A stretch of DNA of 32,000 nt from Candidatus Iainarchaeum sp. (GCA_028700905.1 JAQVRT010000002.1:10840-42839), one strand, 5' to 3'; shown: positions 9,549-18,589, counted from the stretch's first letter. The notes: generated from the sequence alone by a model not told the origin. Numbers and translations: made by a program.

Positions 9549-10118
9549 ATGGGCTTACTAAAATTTATTAAAAAAATGTTTTCAAAAGAAAAAAATAATG
9601 AAAACAACACAACTACAAATAATAATACAAATATAGCTATAGAAAAAAACACAATAAATAGTGCAAATACTATACCCTATTCTTCTGAAAATATTAATAA
9701 AAATATTAACCAAAATAATAATATTAATGAAAATTTAAGTAATGAAAAATATTTAGAACAAGAAAAATTATTACAATTAAAATATCTTAATAATAAAAAT
9801 AATATAATTGAAGATAATGTTCAAACAGCAGATGTTGAAAATATTTCAATAAAACAATTAAATACAATTTGGGATATTTTAAAAATTAAAGAAAACACTC
9901 AAGCAGAACATATTATTAATTCTATACCAACAGATAAATGGGTAACTATGGATGAAATAAGACATAACATAAAACTTAATTTTAATGTAGAATATTCTAA
10001 TGAAAAAAGTCTTTATCCTTATTTAAAAACACTAACAGATATAAATTTAATAAAATTAAACAACACAGGTAAAAAAAGAACTTGGAAAAAAAATATTATA
10101 TTTATTAAAGAAAATTAA
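9549..10118 (+). CDS. Hypothetical protein: Asn-rich low-complexity N-terminal half, possible winged-helix-like C-terminal domain
   Basis: Clean 189-aa ORF with an ATG start, flanked on both sides by GTAATTAC sites. The C-terminal ~90 aa (WVTMDEIRHNIK ... YPYLKTLTDINLIKLNNTGKKRTWKK) has a helix-helix-hairpin pattern compatible with a wHTH. I recognise no family. Confidence 0.5.
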   Translation: MGLLKFIKKMFSKEKNNENNTTTNNNTNIAIEKNTINSANTIPYSSENINKNINQNNNINENLSNEKYLEQEKLLQLKYLNNKNNIIEDNVQTADVENISIKQLNTIWDILKIKENTQAEHIINSIPTDKWVTMDEIRHNIKLNFNVEYSNEKSLYPYLKTLTDINLIKLNNTGKKRTWKKNIIFIKEN

Positions 10119-10167
10119 GTAATTACTAAAAAATAATAGTAATTACTAAAAAAAATATAGTAATTAC
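10119..10167. repeat. Three further GTAATTAC(T) sites, starting at the base after the stop codon of the 9549 gene
   Basis: GTAATTAC at 10119..10126, 10139..10146 and 10160..10167 (20-21 bp spacing). They sit in the 58-bp spacer between two convergent genes. Confidence 0.85.
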
Positions 10168-10176
10168 TTTACAAAA

Positions 10177-10776
10177 CTAAATTTTATTTTTAATTTCTAA
10201 ATAGTTATTATAAAATTTAATTAATTTTTCAGATTCTTCTTTAACTTCTTTAAACCATTCAAAATTAATTATATTTTCTACAATTTTAGAAATATTTGCT
10301 AAATGTGTTTTATCATAAATATTATTTTCAGTAATATATTTTAATTCATCATAAATATTTGTTTCTTTATTATTAAGATTAATTATCTTATAATTATATA
10401 TATAATCTTCCATAATTTTAATAATATTTGAAGAATCTAAATCAATTTCATCAACAGTATATTTAACATCCCATTCACCTTTACTTTTCCAATTATGTGC
10501 TGGATTAATTCCTGTTGAAAAATAATCTATAATTTTATTTTCATAACCTTTAGGAATAATTACTGCGTTTCTTCCTGGTTTATAATGAGGTATGTCTGTT
10601 AAAATTCCTTTTCTAATATATAAATATGGTTTATTATTTTTTTTAGTTACATTTTGTTGATAACCATAAATAGATCTAAATACTTTTTGATAAAGATAAG
10701 AAGATCTATTAATATCATCTTTAAAAATAAATTTATATTTTATATATATTGATTTTATTTTACTCAAGAGAGACAC
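10177..10776 (-). CDS. Hypothetical protein (no recognisable family)
   Basis: 199-aa ORF. The track start is a GTG at 10776. An in-frame TTG at 10767 lies 6 nt downstream of a GGGGTG Shine-Dalgarno-like motif and may be the true start. No motifs I can assign. Confidence 0.5.
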   Translation of the reverse strand: MSLLSKIKSIYIKYKFIFKDDINRSSYLYQKVFRSIYGYQQNVTKKNNKPYLYIRKGILTDIPHYKPGRNAVIIPKGYENKIIDYFSTGINPAHNWKSKGEWDVKYTVDEIDLDSSNIIKIMEDYIYNYKIINLNNKETNIYDELKYITENNIYDKTHLANISKIVENIINFEWFKEVKEESEKLIKFYNNYLEIKNKI

Positions 10777-10791
10777 CCCGTACTTCCTGTA
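10771..10791. repeat. Left arm of an imperfect inverted repeat (AGACACCCCGTACTTCCTGTA)
   Basis: Its reverse complement TACAGGAAGTACGGGGTGTCT matches TACAGGAAGTGTGGGGTCT at 11441..11459 in 16 of 19 positions. The G/C content is conspicuous against AT-rich spacer DNA. Confidence 0.7.
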
Positions 10792-10919
10792 TTAAACATT
10801 TATTAAAAAAATAAATGTATTATGTATATATTTTATATATATATAATAATATATAATATATATAAATATATCTTAAAAATTAGATAAAAAATTAATTAAG
10901 AAAGTAATTTTATTAAAAA

Positions 10920-11282
10920 TTACCTTCTTGCTGAATATTTACTCTTATAACCTATATATTTTTTTCTTATTGCTGCATCTTTACTTTTAGCAGGATCCAC
11001 TACTTCTTCATCAACCATTTTAACTTCTTTTTTGTTAGTTGGTACGTTTCCTGCATTAATTAAAATAATATCATCAGCAGATATAACTTTATTATAAGGT
11101 ATACTGTGTTCAGTTATTATTTTTTTAGCTTCAATTTTAGAATTTACTTTTAAAGGTTGAGTTGTTATTGTTTCAATAACACCTTGTTCAATATTTACTA
11201 TTAAATCATGAACTTTTCCTCTATAAGTAGCATCTGTTTGGTAAATATCCATACCAAATAATTTTGAAATTCTTGTTGTCAT
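10920..11282 (-). CDS. PRC-barrel domain protein
   Basis: N-terminal GMDIYQTDATYRGKVHDLIVNIEQGVI fits the PRC-barrel pattern common in small archaeal proteins. A strong GGAGGAA Shine-Dalgarno motif precedes the ATG. Confidence 0.65.
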   Translation of the reverse strand: MTTRISKLFGMDIYQTDATYRGKVHDLIVNIEQGVIETITTQPLKVNSKIEAKKIITEHSIPYNKVISADDIILINAGNVPTNKKEVKMVDEEVVDPAKSKDAAIRKKYIGYKSKYSARR

Positions 11283-11440
11283 TTATAATTCCTCCAATAA
11301 AATAAATATTAATTATAATATGTGTTATACAAAAGATTTATATATCTATTTATTTAATTAATAGACTTTATGTTTAATAATTAGTTTACTTTCCAAATAG
11401 TATTTTTTTAACTAAATTTTCATAAAATTATAATAATTAT

Positions 11441-11461
11441 TACAGGAAGTGTGGGGTCTTG
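11441..11461. repeat. Right arm of the imperfect inverted repeat (TACAGGAAGTGTGGGGTCTTG)
   Basis: Pairs with 10771..10791. It also forms a local hairpin, GGAAG (11445..11449) with CTTCC (11462..11466), immediately beyond the xerA stop codon. Confidence 0.7.
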
Positions 11462-11467
11462 CTTCCT

Positions 11468-12313
11468 TTATAGATCATCTAATGGATTTTTTATAATTTT
11501 TAATTTATTTGTATTAACTTTAGTGTATATTTGGGTTGTATTTAGGTTAGCATGCCCTAGTAATTGTTGTATGTATCTTATATTCACATCATTTTCAAGC
11601 AGATTAGTTGCAAAAGAATGTCTTAAGGTGTGTGGAGATACTTTTTTATCAATTCCTGCTCTTTTAGCTGCTATTTTTAAAAATTTTTGAACAGTATCTA
11701 CAGATAATGGTTTTCCAATACTATTACAAAATAAATATTCTGATGATATTTGTCTATTTTCAAGATATTTTTTATATTCTTCAACCCATTTTTTAGAAAG
11801 TATTATTATTCTATCTTTATTTCCTTTACCAGAAACAACTTTTCCAGTATATTCATTAAAATCTAAATCTTTATACTTCATTTCCATACATTCAGAAATT
11901 CTAACTCCTGTTGAAAAAATAAATTGTGTAATTAATTTATTTCTCAAATCTGTTATATTTTCTAAAAGTAAAATTATTTCTTTAGAGGTTAAAACCACAG
12001 GTATTTTTTTAGCTTTTTTTGGTAATTTAATTTTAAGTTCTAGATCAATTTTTAAAAAATTTGAATAAAAATGCTTAATTGCAGAAAGCACTAAGTTCAT
12101 TGTAGTACTTTCAGCTTTTTTTTCTTGTTTTAAATAAGATAAATATTCAATAACATCATCACTATTTATAGTAATTAAATCTTTTTTAATAAATTTTGAA
12201 AATAATGTTATATACATTGAATACATATCAATAGTTTTATCACTATAACCTTCAATATTTAATTCATTTTTAAATTTATTAATTAATTTAAGGTTGTTTT
12301 CTAAAATATCCAT
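11468..12313 (-). CDS. xerA: Tyrosine recombinase, XerA/XerC/XerD family
   Basis: N-terminal SAM-like core-binding domain. Catalytic motifs TGVRISE (Arg), HTLRHSFAT (His-x-x-Arg) and LLGHANLNTTQIYTKV (His ... Tyr nucleophile). Length of 281 aa is typical of archaeal XerA. Confidence 0.85.
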   Translation of the reverse strand: MDILENNLKLINKFKNELNIEGYSDKTIDMYSMYITLFSKFIKKDLITINSDDVIEYLSYLKQEKKAESTTMNLVLSAIKHFYSNFLKIDLELKIKLPKKAKKIPVVLTSKEIILLLENITDLRNKLITQFIFSTGVRISECMEMKYKDLDFNEYTGKVVSGKGNKDRIIILSKKWVEEYKKYLENRQISSEYLFCNSIGKPLSVDTVQKFLKIAAKRAGIDKKVSPHTLRHSFATNLLENDVNIRYIQQLLGHANLNTTQIYTKVNTNKLKIIKNPLDDL

Positions 12314-12544
12314 GTAATAATCATTTTTTCTATATAATGTTATATTTTATAATATTATACAGAATATTATTTATATGTTTTTAATTATTACTACATAATT
12401 TTTAATATTATTAAACATAAACTTGTTTTATCTAAAAAAAACCTTCCATATATTTTGTAATTTTAACCAAACACTATAAAAACAAAATACCCTATTATAT
12501 TTCAAACACAAAACATTTTTATAAAAAATAAGGGGTTTATAAAA

Positions 12545-13063
12545 ATGAGTTATGGTAAATTTCAAATTTATACAGGTGATGGAAAAGGAAAAACCACTGC
12601 TGCTATAGGTTTATCTATTAGAGCTGCCGGAAGAGGTGCTAAAGTTTATTTTGTTCAATTTTTAAAAAATCAAAAAACTGGAGAACAAAACACCTTACCT
12701 TTAATTAAAAACATTACTTTCAAAAGATTTGGATTTAAGGAATTTATAATTAATAATAAAATATTAAAAGAACATATAGAAACAACAAAAAAAGCAATAT
12801 TATATGTTGATAAAATTTTAAAAAAAGAAAAAATAGATGTTTTAATTTTAGATGAATTGAATATTATTCTTTATTATAATTTAATAACAATAGAAAAAGT
12901 TAAAGAAATTATTAATATTTGTAAACAAAAAAATATTGAACTTATAATAACTGGCAGAAAACCAAACAAAGAATTAATTAAAATTGCAGATCTTGTAACT
13001 GAAATGAAAGAAATTAAACATTATTTTAAAACAACTTATGCAAGAAAAGGAATTGAATTTTAA
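12545..13063 (+). CDS. cobA: Cob(I)alamin/cob(I)yrinic acid a,c-diamide adenosyltransferase (CobA/CobO/BtuR family)
   Basis: IYTGDGKGKTTAAIGLSIRAAGRGAKVYFVQFLK P-loop block and LDELN block are typical of the CobA family. The 172-aa length is typical. A GGGGT Shine-Dalgarno motif lies upstream. Confidence 0.85.
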   Translation: MSYGKFQIYTGDGKGKTTAAIGLSIRAAGRGAKVYFVQFLKNQKTGEQNTLPLIKNITFKRFGFKEFIINNKILKEHIETTKKAILYVDKILKKEKIDVLILDELNIILYYNLITIEKVKEIINICKQKNIELIITGRKPNKELIKIADLVTEMKEIKHYFKTTYARKGIEF

Positions 13064-13086
13064 AAAAAGCAAAAGAGGGATTTTTT

Positions 13087-15687
13087 ATGAACATGGTTTT
13101 AAAAATAAAAAAAATTACACAAATTAAAAAAAGAACAGGTGAAGTTGTAGATTTTAATAAACTAAAAATTAAATCTGCTATTTTAAAAGCAATGAAATCT
13201 GTTGATCAAGTTAATGAATCTTTATTAGAGACATTAGTTGAAAAAGTAATTTTAGTTTTAGAATCTAAATTTGTAAATAAAGTTCCTTCTGTTGAAGATG
13301 TTTCAGATACTATAGAATATGTTTTAATTGCAACTGAACAAACTGAAGCTGCAAAATCATTTATTCTTTATAGAGAAGAAAAAAGAAAATTAAGAGAAAA
13401 TAAAGAAATTATTGAAGATAAAGAAATTGTTAAAAAATTAAAAGATGCTAAAGTTTCTCTTTCAAAACAAGCAATTAATGTTTTAAATAATTCAGATGCT
13501 TTTAAAGATTTAGGTTTAATTATTTTTTTAGATAGGTATTCTTTAAAATCTAAAAGAGATCAAATAGAAGTAGGTGATCTTGTAATCACTATTACAAAAG
13601 AAGATCCTAAATACCCTAAAAAAGATATTGGTATTGTAAAAGATATTGTTAATAATAAATTACATTTACACATGATTACTGGTGTTTATGCAGACCAATA
13701 TTATAATTATGAATTTATTCAAGATCAAAGTAAATCAGAAAAACCATCAGAATCTGTTTTTGATACTTATAAAAGAGTTGCAAAAGCTGTTGCAAGAGTT
13801 GAAAAAGATGAATATCTTAAAAATAAATGGTTTGAAGAATTTTATGAACAATTAAAAAATAACCATATTTCTCCTGGAGGAAGAATTCTTTCTGGTGCAT
13901 CAGTTGATGATTTAGGTTATACTTCAAATTTAACATTATATAATTGTTATGTGATACCTTCTGCTAAAGATTCTAGAAGTTCAATTATAAAAGATGCAGC
14001 TCACCAAATGACTGAAATTTTTTCAAGAGGTGGTGGTGTTGGAACTTCTCTTTCAAGTTTAAGACCAGCTTATGCATATGTAAGAGGAGTACATGGTAGA
14101 TCTTCTGGAGCTGTTTCTTGGGGTGGTTTATTTTCTTTTATAACTGGTTTAATTGAACAAGGTGGATCAAGAAGAGGTGCTCTAATGCTTATGCTTGATG
14201 ATTGGCATCCAGATATTTATTCTTTTATTGATTCAAAAACTAAATCTGGTGTTTTAGAACATGCAAACATTTCAGTAAAAGTTTCTGATTCATTAATGGA
14301 AGCTGTAAAAAATGATGATGATTGGTATTTAGAATTCCCAGATTATGAAAATGCAACTTATTCTGAAGTTTATGATCAAGAATGGGATGGAGATTTAAAA
14401 GGTTGGAAAGAAAAAGGATATCCTACAAAAATTTATGAAAAAGTAAAAGCTAGAGAACTTTGGAAAAAAATAATTCAATCTGCATGGAAATCAGCAGAAC
14501 CAGGTGTTGTTTTCATGGAAAGGTATAATAAATTAAGTAATAGTTATTATTTTAATAAAATAGTTGCAACAAATCCATGTGGTGAACAAGGTCTTCCTCC
14601 ATGGGGTGTTTGTAATCTTGGACACCTTTATTTAGCTTCTTTTGCTGAAAAAGTTGGGGAAGATGAAATTGGTCCTCTTTATGAATTTAATTGGGATAAA
14701 TTAAAAAAATCTGCAAGAGTATTAACTAGATTTTTAGATAATATAATTGATTTAACACCATATTTCTTTTCAGAAAATGAAAAAGTTCAAAAATCAGAAA
14801 GAAGAATTGGTGGAGGAACTTTAGGTCTTGCAGAATTATTAATAAGATTAAGAATTAAATATGGTTCTAAAGAAAGTATAAATTTTATTGATAAATTGTA
14901 TAAAACAATAACTTGTGAAATGTATTCTACTTCTGCTCTTTTAGCTGAAGAAAAAGGATTCTTCCCAAAGTTTGATAAAGAAAAATACTTAAATAGTAAT
15001 TTTATTAAAGAACTTCCTTTAGAAATTCAAGAAAAAATTAAAGAAAAAGGAATTAGAAATGTAACTTTAATAACTCAAGCACCTACAGGTTCTACTGGAA
15101 CAATGATTGGAACTTCTACAGGAATAGAACCTTATTTTGCTTTTAAGTTTTATAGACAATCAAGACTTGGTTTCCACGAAGTAAATGTTCCTTTAGCACA
15201 AGATTATATTAAAGATGGAAAACTTCCTGATTTCTTTATTTCAGCAATGGAATTATCTCCTGATGATCACATTACAGTTCAAGCAGCAATACAAAAATGG
15301 ACAGATTCTTCTATAAGTAAGACTGCTAATGTTCCTGCAAATTTTACAGTTGAGCAAACTGAAGAACTTTATATTAAAGCTTATGAACTTGGATGTAAAG
15401 GAGTTACAATTTATAGAGATTCTTCAAGAGATGAACAAGCTTTATCAACTGATAAAAATTTAGAACAAAAGAATGCAAAATCTATTAAAAAACAACTTGA
15501 TGAAAAAACAAAAAAAGTAAAAGTTCAAGAACCAGTTGTTGAAGAAGAAAAAGAAGATGTAGTTTATGGTTCTGAAGCTGGAGAAACTTGCCCTTCATGT
15601 AGAAAAGGTGTTATGATTAAACTTGGTGGTTGTACAGAGTGTTCTGCAGGTTGTGGATTTAAAGGTTCTTGTGATATGAAAAATTAA
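13087..15687 (+). CDS. nrdJ: Adenosylcobalamin-dependent ribonucleotide reductase (class II, NrdJ) with N-terminal ATP-cone and C-terminal Zn ribbon
   Basis: ATP-cone (KKRTGEVVDFNKLKIKSAILKAM). Catalytic blocks TNPCGEQGLPPWGVCNLGHL, QAPTGSTG, SKTANVP and VTIYRDSSR. C-terminal CPSC...CTEC...C cluster. The sequence is contiguous, with no intein. Confidence 0.9.
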   Translation: MNMVLKIKKITQIKKRTGEVVDFNKLKIKSAILKAMKSVDQVNESLLETLVEKVILVLESKFVNKVPSVEDVSDTIEYVLIATEQTEAAKSFILYREEKRKLRENKEIIEDKEIVKKLKDAKVSLSKQAINVLNNSDAFKDLGLIIFLDRYSLKSKRDQIEVGDLVITITKEDPKYPKKDIGIVKDIVNNKLHLHMITGVYADQYYNYEFIQDQSKSEKPSESVFDTYKRVAKAVARVEKDEYLKNKWFEEFYEQLKNNHISPGGRILSGASVDDLGYTSNLTLYNCYVIPSAKDSRSSIIKDAAHQMTEIFSRGGGVGTSLSSLRPAYAYVRGVHGRSSGAVSWGGLFSFITGLIEQGGSRRGALMLMLDDWHPDIYSFIDSKTKSGVLEHANISVKVSDSLMEAVKNDDDWYLEFPDYENATYSEVYDQEWDGDLKGWKEKGYPTKIYEKVKARELWKKIIQSAWKSAEPGVVFMERYNKLSNSYYFNKIVATNPCGEQGLPPWGVCNLGHLYLASFAEKVGEDEIGPLYEFNWDKLKKSARVLTRFLDNIIDLTPYFFSENEKVQKSERRIGGGTLGLAELLIRLRIKYGSKESINFIDKLYKTITCEMYSTSALLAEEKGFFPKFDKEKYLNSNFIKELPLEIQEKIKEKGIRNVTLITQAPTGSTGTMIGTSTGIEPYFAFKFYRQSRLGFHEVNVPLAQDYIKDGKLPDFFISAMELSPDDHITVQAAIQKWTDSSISKTANVPANFTVEQTEELYIKAYELGCKGVTIYRDSSRDEQALSTDKNLEQKNAKSIKKQLDEKTKKVKVQEPVVEEEKEDVVYGSEAGETCPSCRKGVMIKLGGCTECSAGCGFKGSCDMKN

Positions 15688-15705
15688 AAAAGAGGTTTTT
15701 TTAAA

Positions 15706-16140
15706 ATGATTAATGTAAAAAAATTAACTGAAACTGCAAAATTACCAGAAAGAGCACATGATGATGATGCAGGATTTGATTTATTTTCTGATGAGGATGT
15801 TGTTATTCCTGCAATGGAAAGAAAAGTTATAAAGACAGGAATCTCTGTTTCAATTAATTTTGAATCAACTGATTATAGTTGTTATTTAAGGATTGCTCCA
15901 AGATCTGGACTTTCTGTTAAAAAAGGAATTGATGTTTTTGCAGGTGTTGTTGATTTAGGGTATAGAGGAGAAATCATGATCTGTTTATTTAATTCTTCAA
16001 AAGAAGATTTTGAAATTAAGAAAGGAGATAAGATAGCTCAAATGATACCTACATTAATTTTAAAAACAAATATACAAGAAGTAAATTCTCTTGAAGACAC
16101 TTCTAGAGGAGAAAAAGGTTTTGGATCTTCTGGAAATTAA
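15706..16140 (+). CDS. dut: dUTP diphosphatase (trimeric dUTPase)
   Basis: The five dUTPase motifs are present: AGFDL, PRSG, GVVDLGYRGEI, KGDKIAQM, RGEKGFGSSG. GAGGT Shine-Dalgarno motif. The start is 18 nt after the nrdJ stop. Confidence 0.9.
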   Translation: MINVKKLTETAKLPERAHDDDAGFDLFSDEDVVIPAMERKVIKTGISVSINFESTDYSCYLRIAPRSGLSVKKGIDVFAGVVDLGYRGEIMICLFNSSKEDFEIKKGDKIAQMIPTLILKTNIQEVNSLEDTSRGEKGFGSSGN

Positions 16141-16208
16141 ATATGTTTTTAAATTTATTAGTTTAATTATATTTATTTTACAAAAAAAATAAAAAAGTGA
16201 TATGGAAA

Positions 16209-16406
16209 ATGATTGAAAATATATCTTGGATTTTACCTTTAGTAATAGGTATTGCAATTTGGGAAATGGTTTGGAAAGGTATTGCTTTATGGAAAGCAGG
16301 TACAAGAAAAGAACTTGGTTGGTTTATTTGTATTTTTATAATTAATACAGCAGGAATTTTACCAATAGTTTATTTACTTTTCTTTTCAAAAAAAAATAAA
16401 AAATAG
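16209..16406 (+). CDS. Small two-TM membrane protein (DUF5652-like, tentative)
   Basis: ATG at 16209 (MIENISW) is preferred to the GTG at 16197. Two hydrophobic helices flank WKGIALWKAGTRKELGWF, a pattern I associate with small membrane proteins of reduced-genome archaea and bacteria. Confidence 0.5.
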   Translation: MIENISWILPLVIGIAIWEMVWKGIALWKAGTRKELGWFICIFIINTAGILPIVYLLFFSKKNKK

Positions 16407-16408
16407 AA

Positions 16409-18589
16409 TTATATAACACCTTTTTCTAAATTATTTTTTTTATTTTTTCCTTTTTCTTTTTCTATATTTTTTATTTCTTTAATTGCTTTTTTAATATGTT
16501 TTTCAGTTATTAAAAGATTTTTTTCATTTCCAACTATGTTTTCTCTTAAAACATCCATACCAGCTTCTCTAACAACAGCTTCAATTTCAGCACCTGAAAA
16601 GCCATCTGTTATTTTTGAAAGTTCTTTAATATTTATATTTTTATCAGTATTCATTTTATTTAAATAAACTTCAAATATTTTTTCTCTTGATTTTAAGTCT
16701 GGATTTGGAATTTCTAATTTTAAATCAAATCTTCCTGGTCTTAAAAATGCTGCATCCACTATATCTAATCTATTTGTAGCACCAATAATAACAATATCTT
16801 TTAATTTTGAAACACCATCCATTTCTGTTAATAATTGTGCTACAACATTATTAGATGCACCTGATAAATTTTCAGAAGATTTTCTAGAAACTGTAATTGC
16901 ATCAATTTCATCAAAGAAAATAATTGCTGGTGCAAGTTGTCTGGCTTTTTTAAAAACATCTCTAATTTTTTTTTCAGATTCTCCAACCCATTTATTAAAA
17001 ATTTCAGGCCCTTTTATTGATATAAAATTTGCAGAGCTTTCATTTGCTATTGCTTTTGCAATTAATGTTTTTCCAGTACCAGGTGGTCCATAAAGTAAAA
17101 CGCCTGCAGGAGGTGTTAATTTTAATTCTTTAAATTTATCAGGATATTTTAAAGGCCATTCAATCATTTCTTTTAATTTTTGTTTTTGCTCATCAAGCCC
17201 ACCAATATCTTCCCAAGTAGTTGTAGGTATTTGAACTTGCACTTCTCTTAATGCAGAAGGTTCTACAACATTTAGCGCGTCCAAGAAATCTTGGTGTGTT
17301 ATAATTAATTTATCTAATATCTCTCTCGATAAATGTTTCCCACTTTCTTTATTAATTAAAGGCATTAATCTTTTTATTGCTTTTAATGCAGCTTCTTTAC
17401 AGAGTGCTGAAATATCAGCTCCAGAAAATCCATTTGTAATTTCTATAATTTCATCTATGTTAAGATCTTTAATAGGCATTCCTCTAATATGAACTTGTAA
17501 TATTTCTTTTCTTGCTTCTTTATCAGGAACATTAATTTCAAGTTCTCTATCAAATCTTCCAGGTCTTCTTAATGCAGGATCAATTGAATCTGGTATATTT
17601 GTTGCAGCAATAACAACAACTTGTCCTCTTGCTGTAAGACCATCCATTAATGTTAAAAGTTGTGCAACAACACGTTTTTCAGTTTCTCCATGAATGTTTT
17701 CTCTTTTTGGAGCAATAGCATCAATTTCATCAATAAAAATAATTGCAGGTGCATTTTCTTCTGCATCTTTAAAAATATCTCTTAAATTTTCTTCTGATTT
17801 TCCATAAACTCCTGAAACAATTTCAGGACCATTAATAGTTATAAATTTTGCATCAGTTTCAGATGCTACTGCTTTTGCAAGTAAAGTTTTTCCTGTTCCT
17901 GGAGGTCCATAAAGTAAAACTCCTTTAGGAGGAGATATACCTAACTTTTTAAAAATCTCTGGTCTTTTAATAGGAAGTTCAACCATTTCTCTTATAGCTT
18001 CAATTTCTTTTTTAAGCCCACCAATATCATCATAAGTCATAGAAGGGGTCTTTGAATCTTCTGCCTTTTCTGAAATAATTACTTTTGTATTTTCAGTAAT
18101 CCTTACAGCATTTTTAGGAATTGTTTTATTTACAATTAATTGTAAGTCTCTATAACCATCTTCTGTTAGAATAGGAAGCCCTGGGATTTTAACAATGTTT
18201 TTTTCAACAATATTAATATTTAATAATTTTTCTTTAATTAAACTTTCAACATCTTTAGTTAAATTTATTTTTTTATTTTTTTCAATAATAGGTGCAAGGT
18301 TAATTGTTTCACAAGGCAATACATTTGCTTTTTCTATAAAAACAGAATCATCTATTGATGCACCAGAGTTATGTCTTACAATACCATCTATTTTTATTTG
18401 ATTTAAACCAGCATCAAGTTCTGTGCCTCTAGTTGCATAAGCTAATGCTCTTTTAGATCCTTCAATTAATATTACATCTCCAATAGTTAATTTCATTTTA
18501 TCAAAAACAAGTGGATCTAATTTTGCAATACCTTTTAAAGCATCTTTAATATCTGTTTCTTTAACAGTTAATATTATTTTTTCAACCAT
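16409..18589 (-). CDS. cdc48: AAA+ ATPase Cdc48/VCP/p97 homologue
   Basis: CDC48 N-domain plus two AAA modules, each with GPPGTGKT Walker A, DEID Walker B and second-region-of-homology arginines. AAGGTG Shine-Dalgarno motif upstream. Confidence 0.93.
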   Translation of the reverse strand: MVEKIILTVKETDIKDALKGIAKLDPLVFDKMKLTIGDVILIEGSKRALAYATRGTELDAGLNQIKIDGIVRHNSGASIDDSVFIEKANVLPCETINLAPIIEKNKKINLTKDVESLIKEKLLNINIVEKNIVKIPGLPILTEDGYRDLQLIVNKTIPKNAVRITENTKVIISEKAEDSKTPSMTYDDIGGLKKEIEAIREMVELPIKRPEIFKKLGISPPKGVLLYGPPGTGKTLLAKAVASETDAKFITINGPEIVSGVYGKSEENLRDIFKDAEENAPAIIFIDEIDAIAPKRENIHGETEKRVVAQLLTLMDGLTARGQVVVIAATNIPDSIDPALRRPGRFDRELEINVPDKEARKEILQVHIRGMPIKDLNIDEIIEITNGFSGADISALCKEAALKAIKRLMPLINKESGKHLSREILDKLIITHQDFLDALNVVEPSALREVQVQIPTTTWEDIGGLDEQKQKLKEMIEWPLKYPDKFKELKLTPPAGVLLYGPPGTGKTLIAKAIANESSANFISIKGPEIFNKWVGESEKKIRDVFKKARQLAPAIIFFDEIDAITVSRKSSENLSGASNNVVAQLLTEMDGVSKLKDIVIIGATNRLDIVDAAFLRPGRFDLKLEIPNPDLKSREKIFEVYLNKMNTDKNINIKELSKITDGFSGAEIEAVVREAGMDVLRENIVGNEKNLLITEKHIKKAIKEIKNIEKEKGKNKKNNLEKGVI

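Noticed and set aside
11451-11690. 79-aa plus-strand ORF (GTG start) antisense to the 3-prime end of xerA
   Set aside because: Shadow ORF inside a confident recombinase gene, with a Cys/Phe-rich nonsense-like composition. Its only oddity is that it begins inside the right arm of the inverted repeat, which is reported separately.
12333-12359. 11-5-11 imperfect palindrome TATAATGTTAT-ATTTT-ATAATATTATA upstream of xerA, as a possible dif site
   Set aside because: It is made only of A/T apart from one G. It sits where the xerA TATA box/BRE should be, and such palindromes arise easily in AT-rich spacers. I cannot separate it from promoter sequence without comparative data or XerA binding assays.
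12314-12544. Possible cobalamin riboswitch in the 231-bp leader upstream of cobA-nrdJ
   Set aside because: The region is almost pure A/T with no conserved B12-box-like G/C-rich core or stable multi-stem structure. Riboswitches of this class are not established in archaea.
13087-15687. Intein or other insertion in NrdJ (and in RFC at 25017..25997), common in archaeal homologues
   Set aside because: Both proteins have contiguous catalytic blocks and normal lengths. I saw no Cys/Ser-...-His-Asn splice junction blocks or homing endonuclease motifs.
16060-16305. 81-aa minus-strand ORF spanning the dut end and the small membrane protein start
   Set aside because: It overlaps two better-supported plus-strand genes, is low complexity, and has no start context.
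18195-18401. 68-aa plus-strand ORF inside cdc48
   Set aside because: Antisense shadow of a confidently identified AAA+ ATPase gene.
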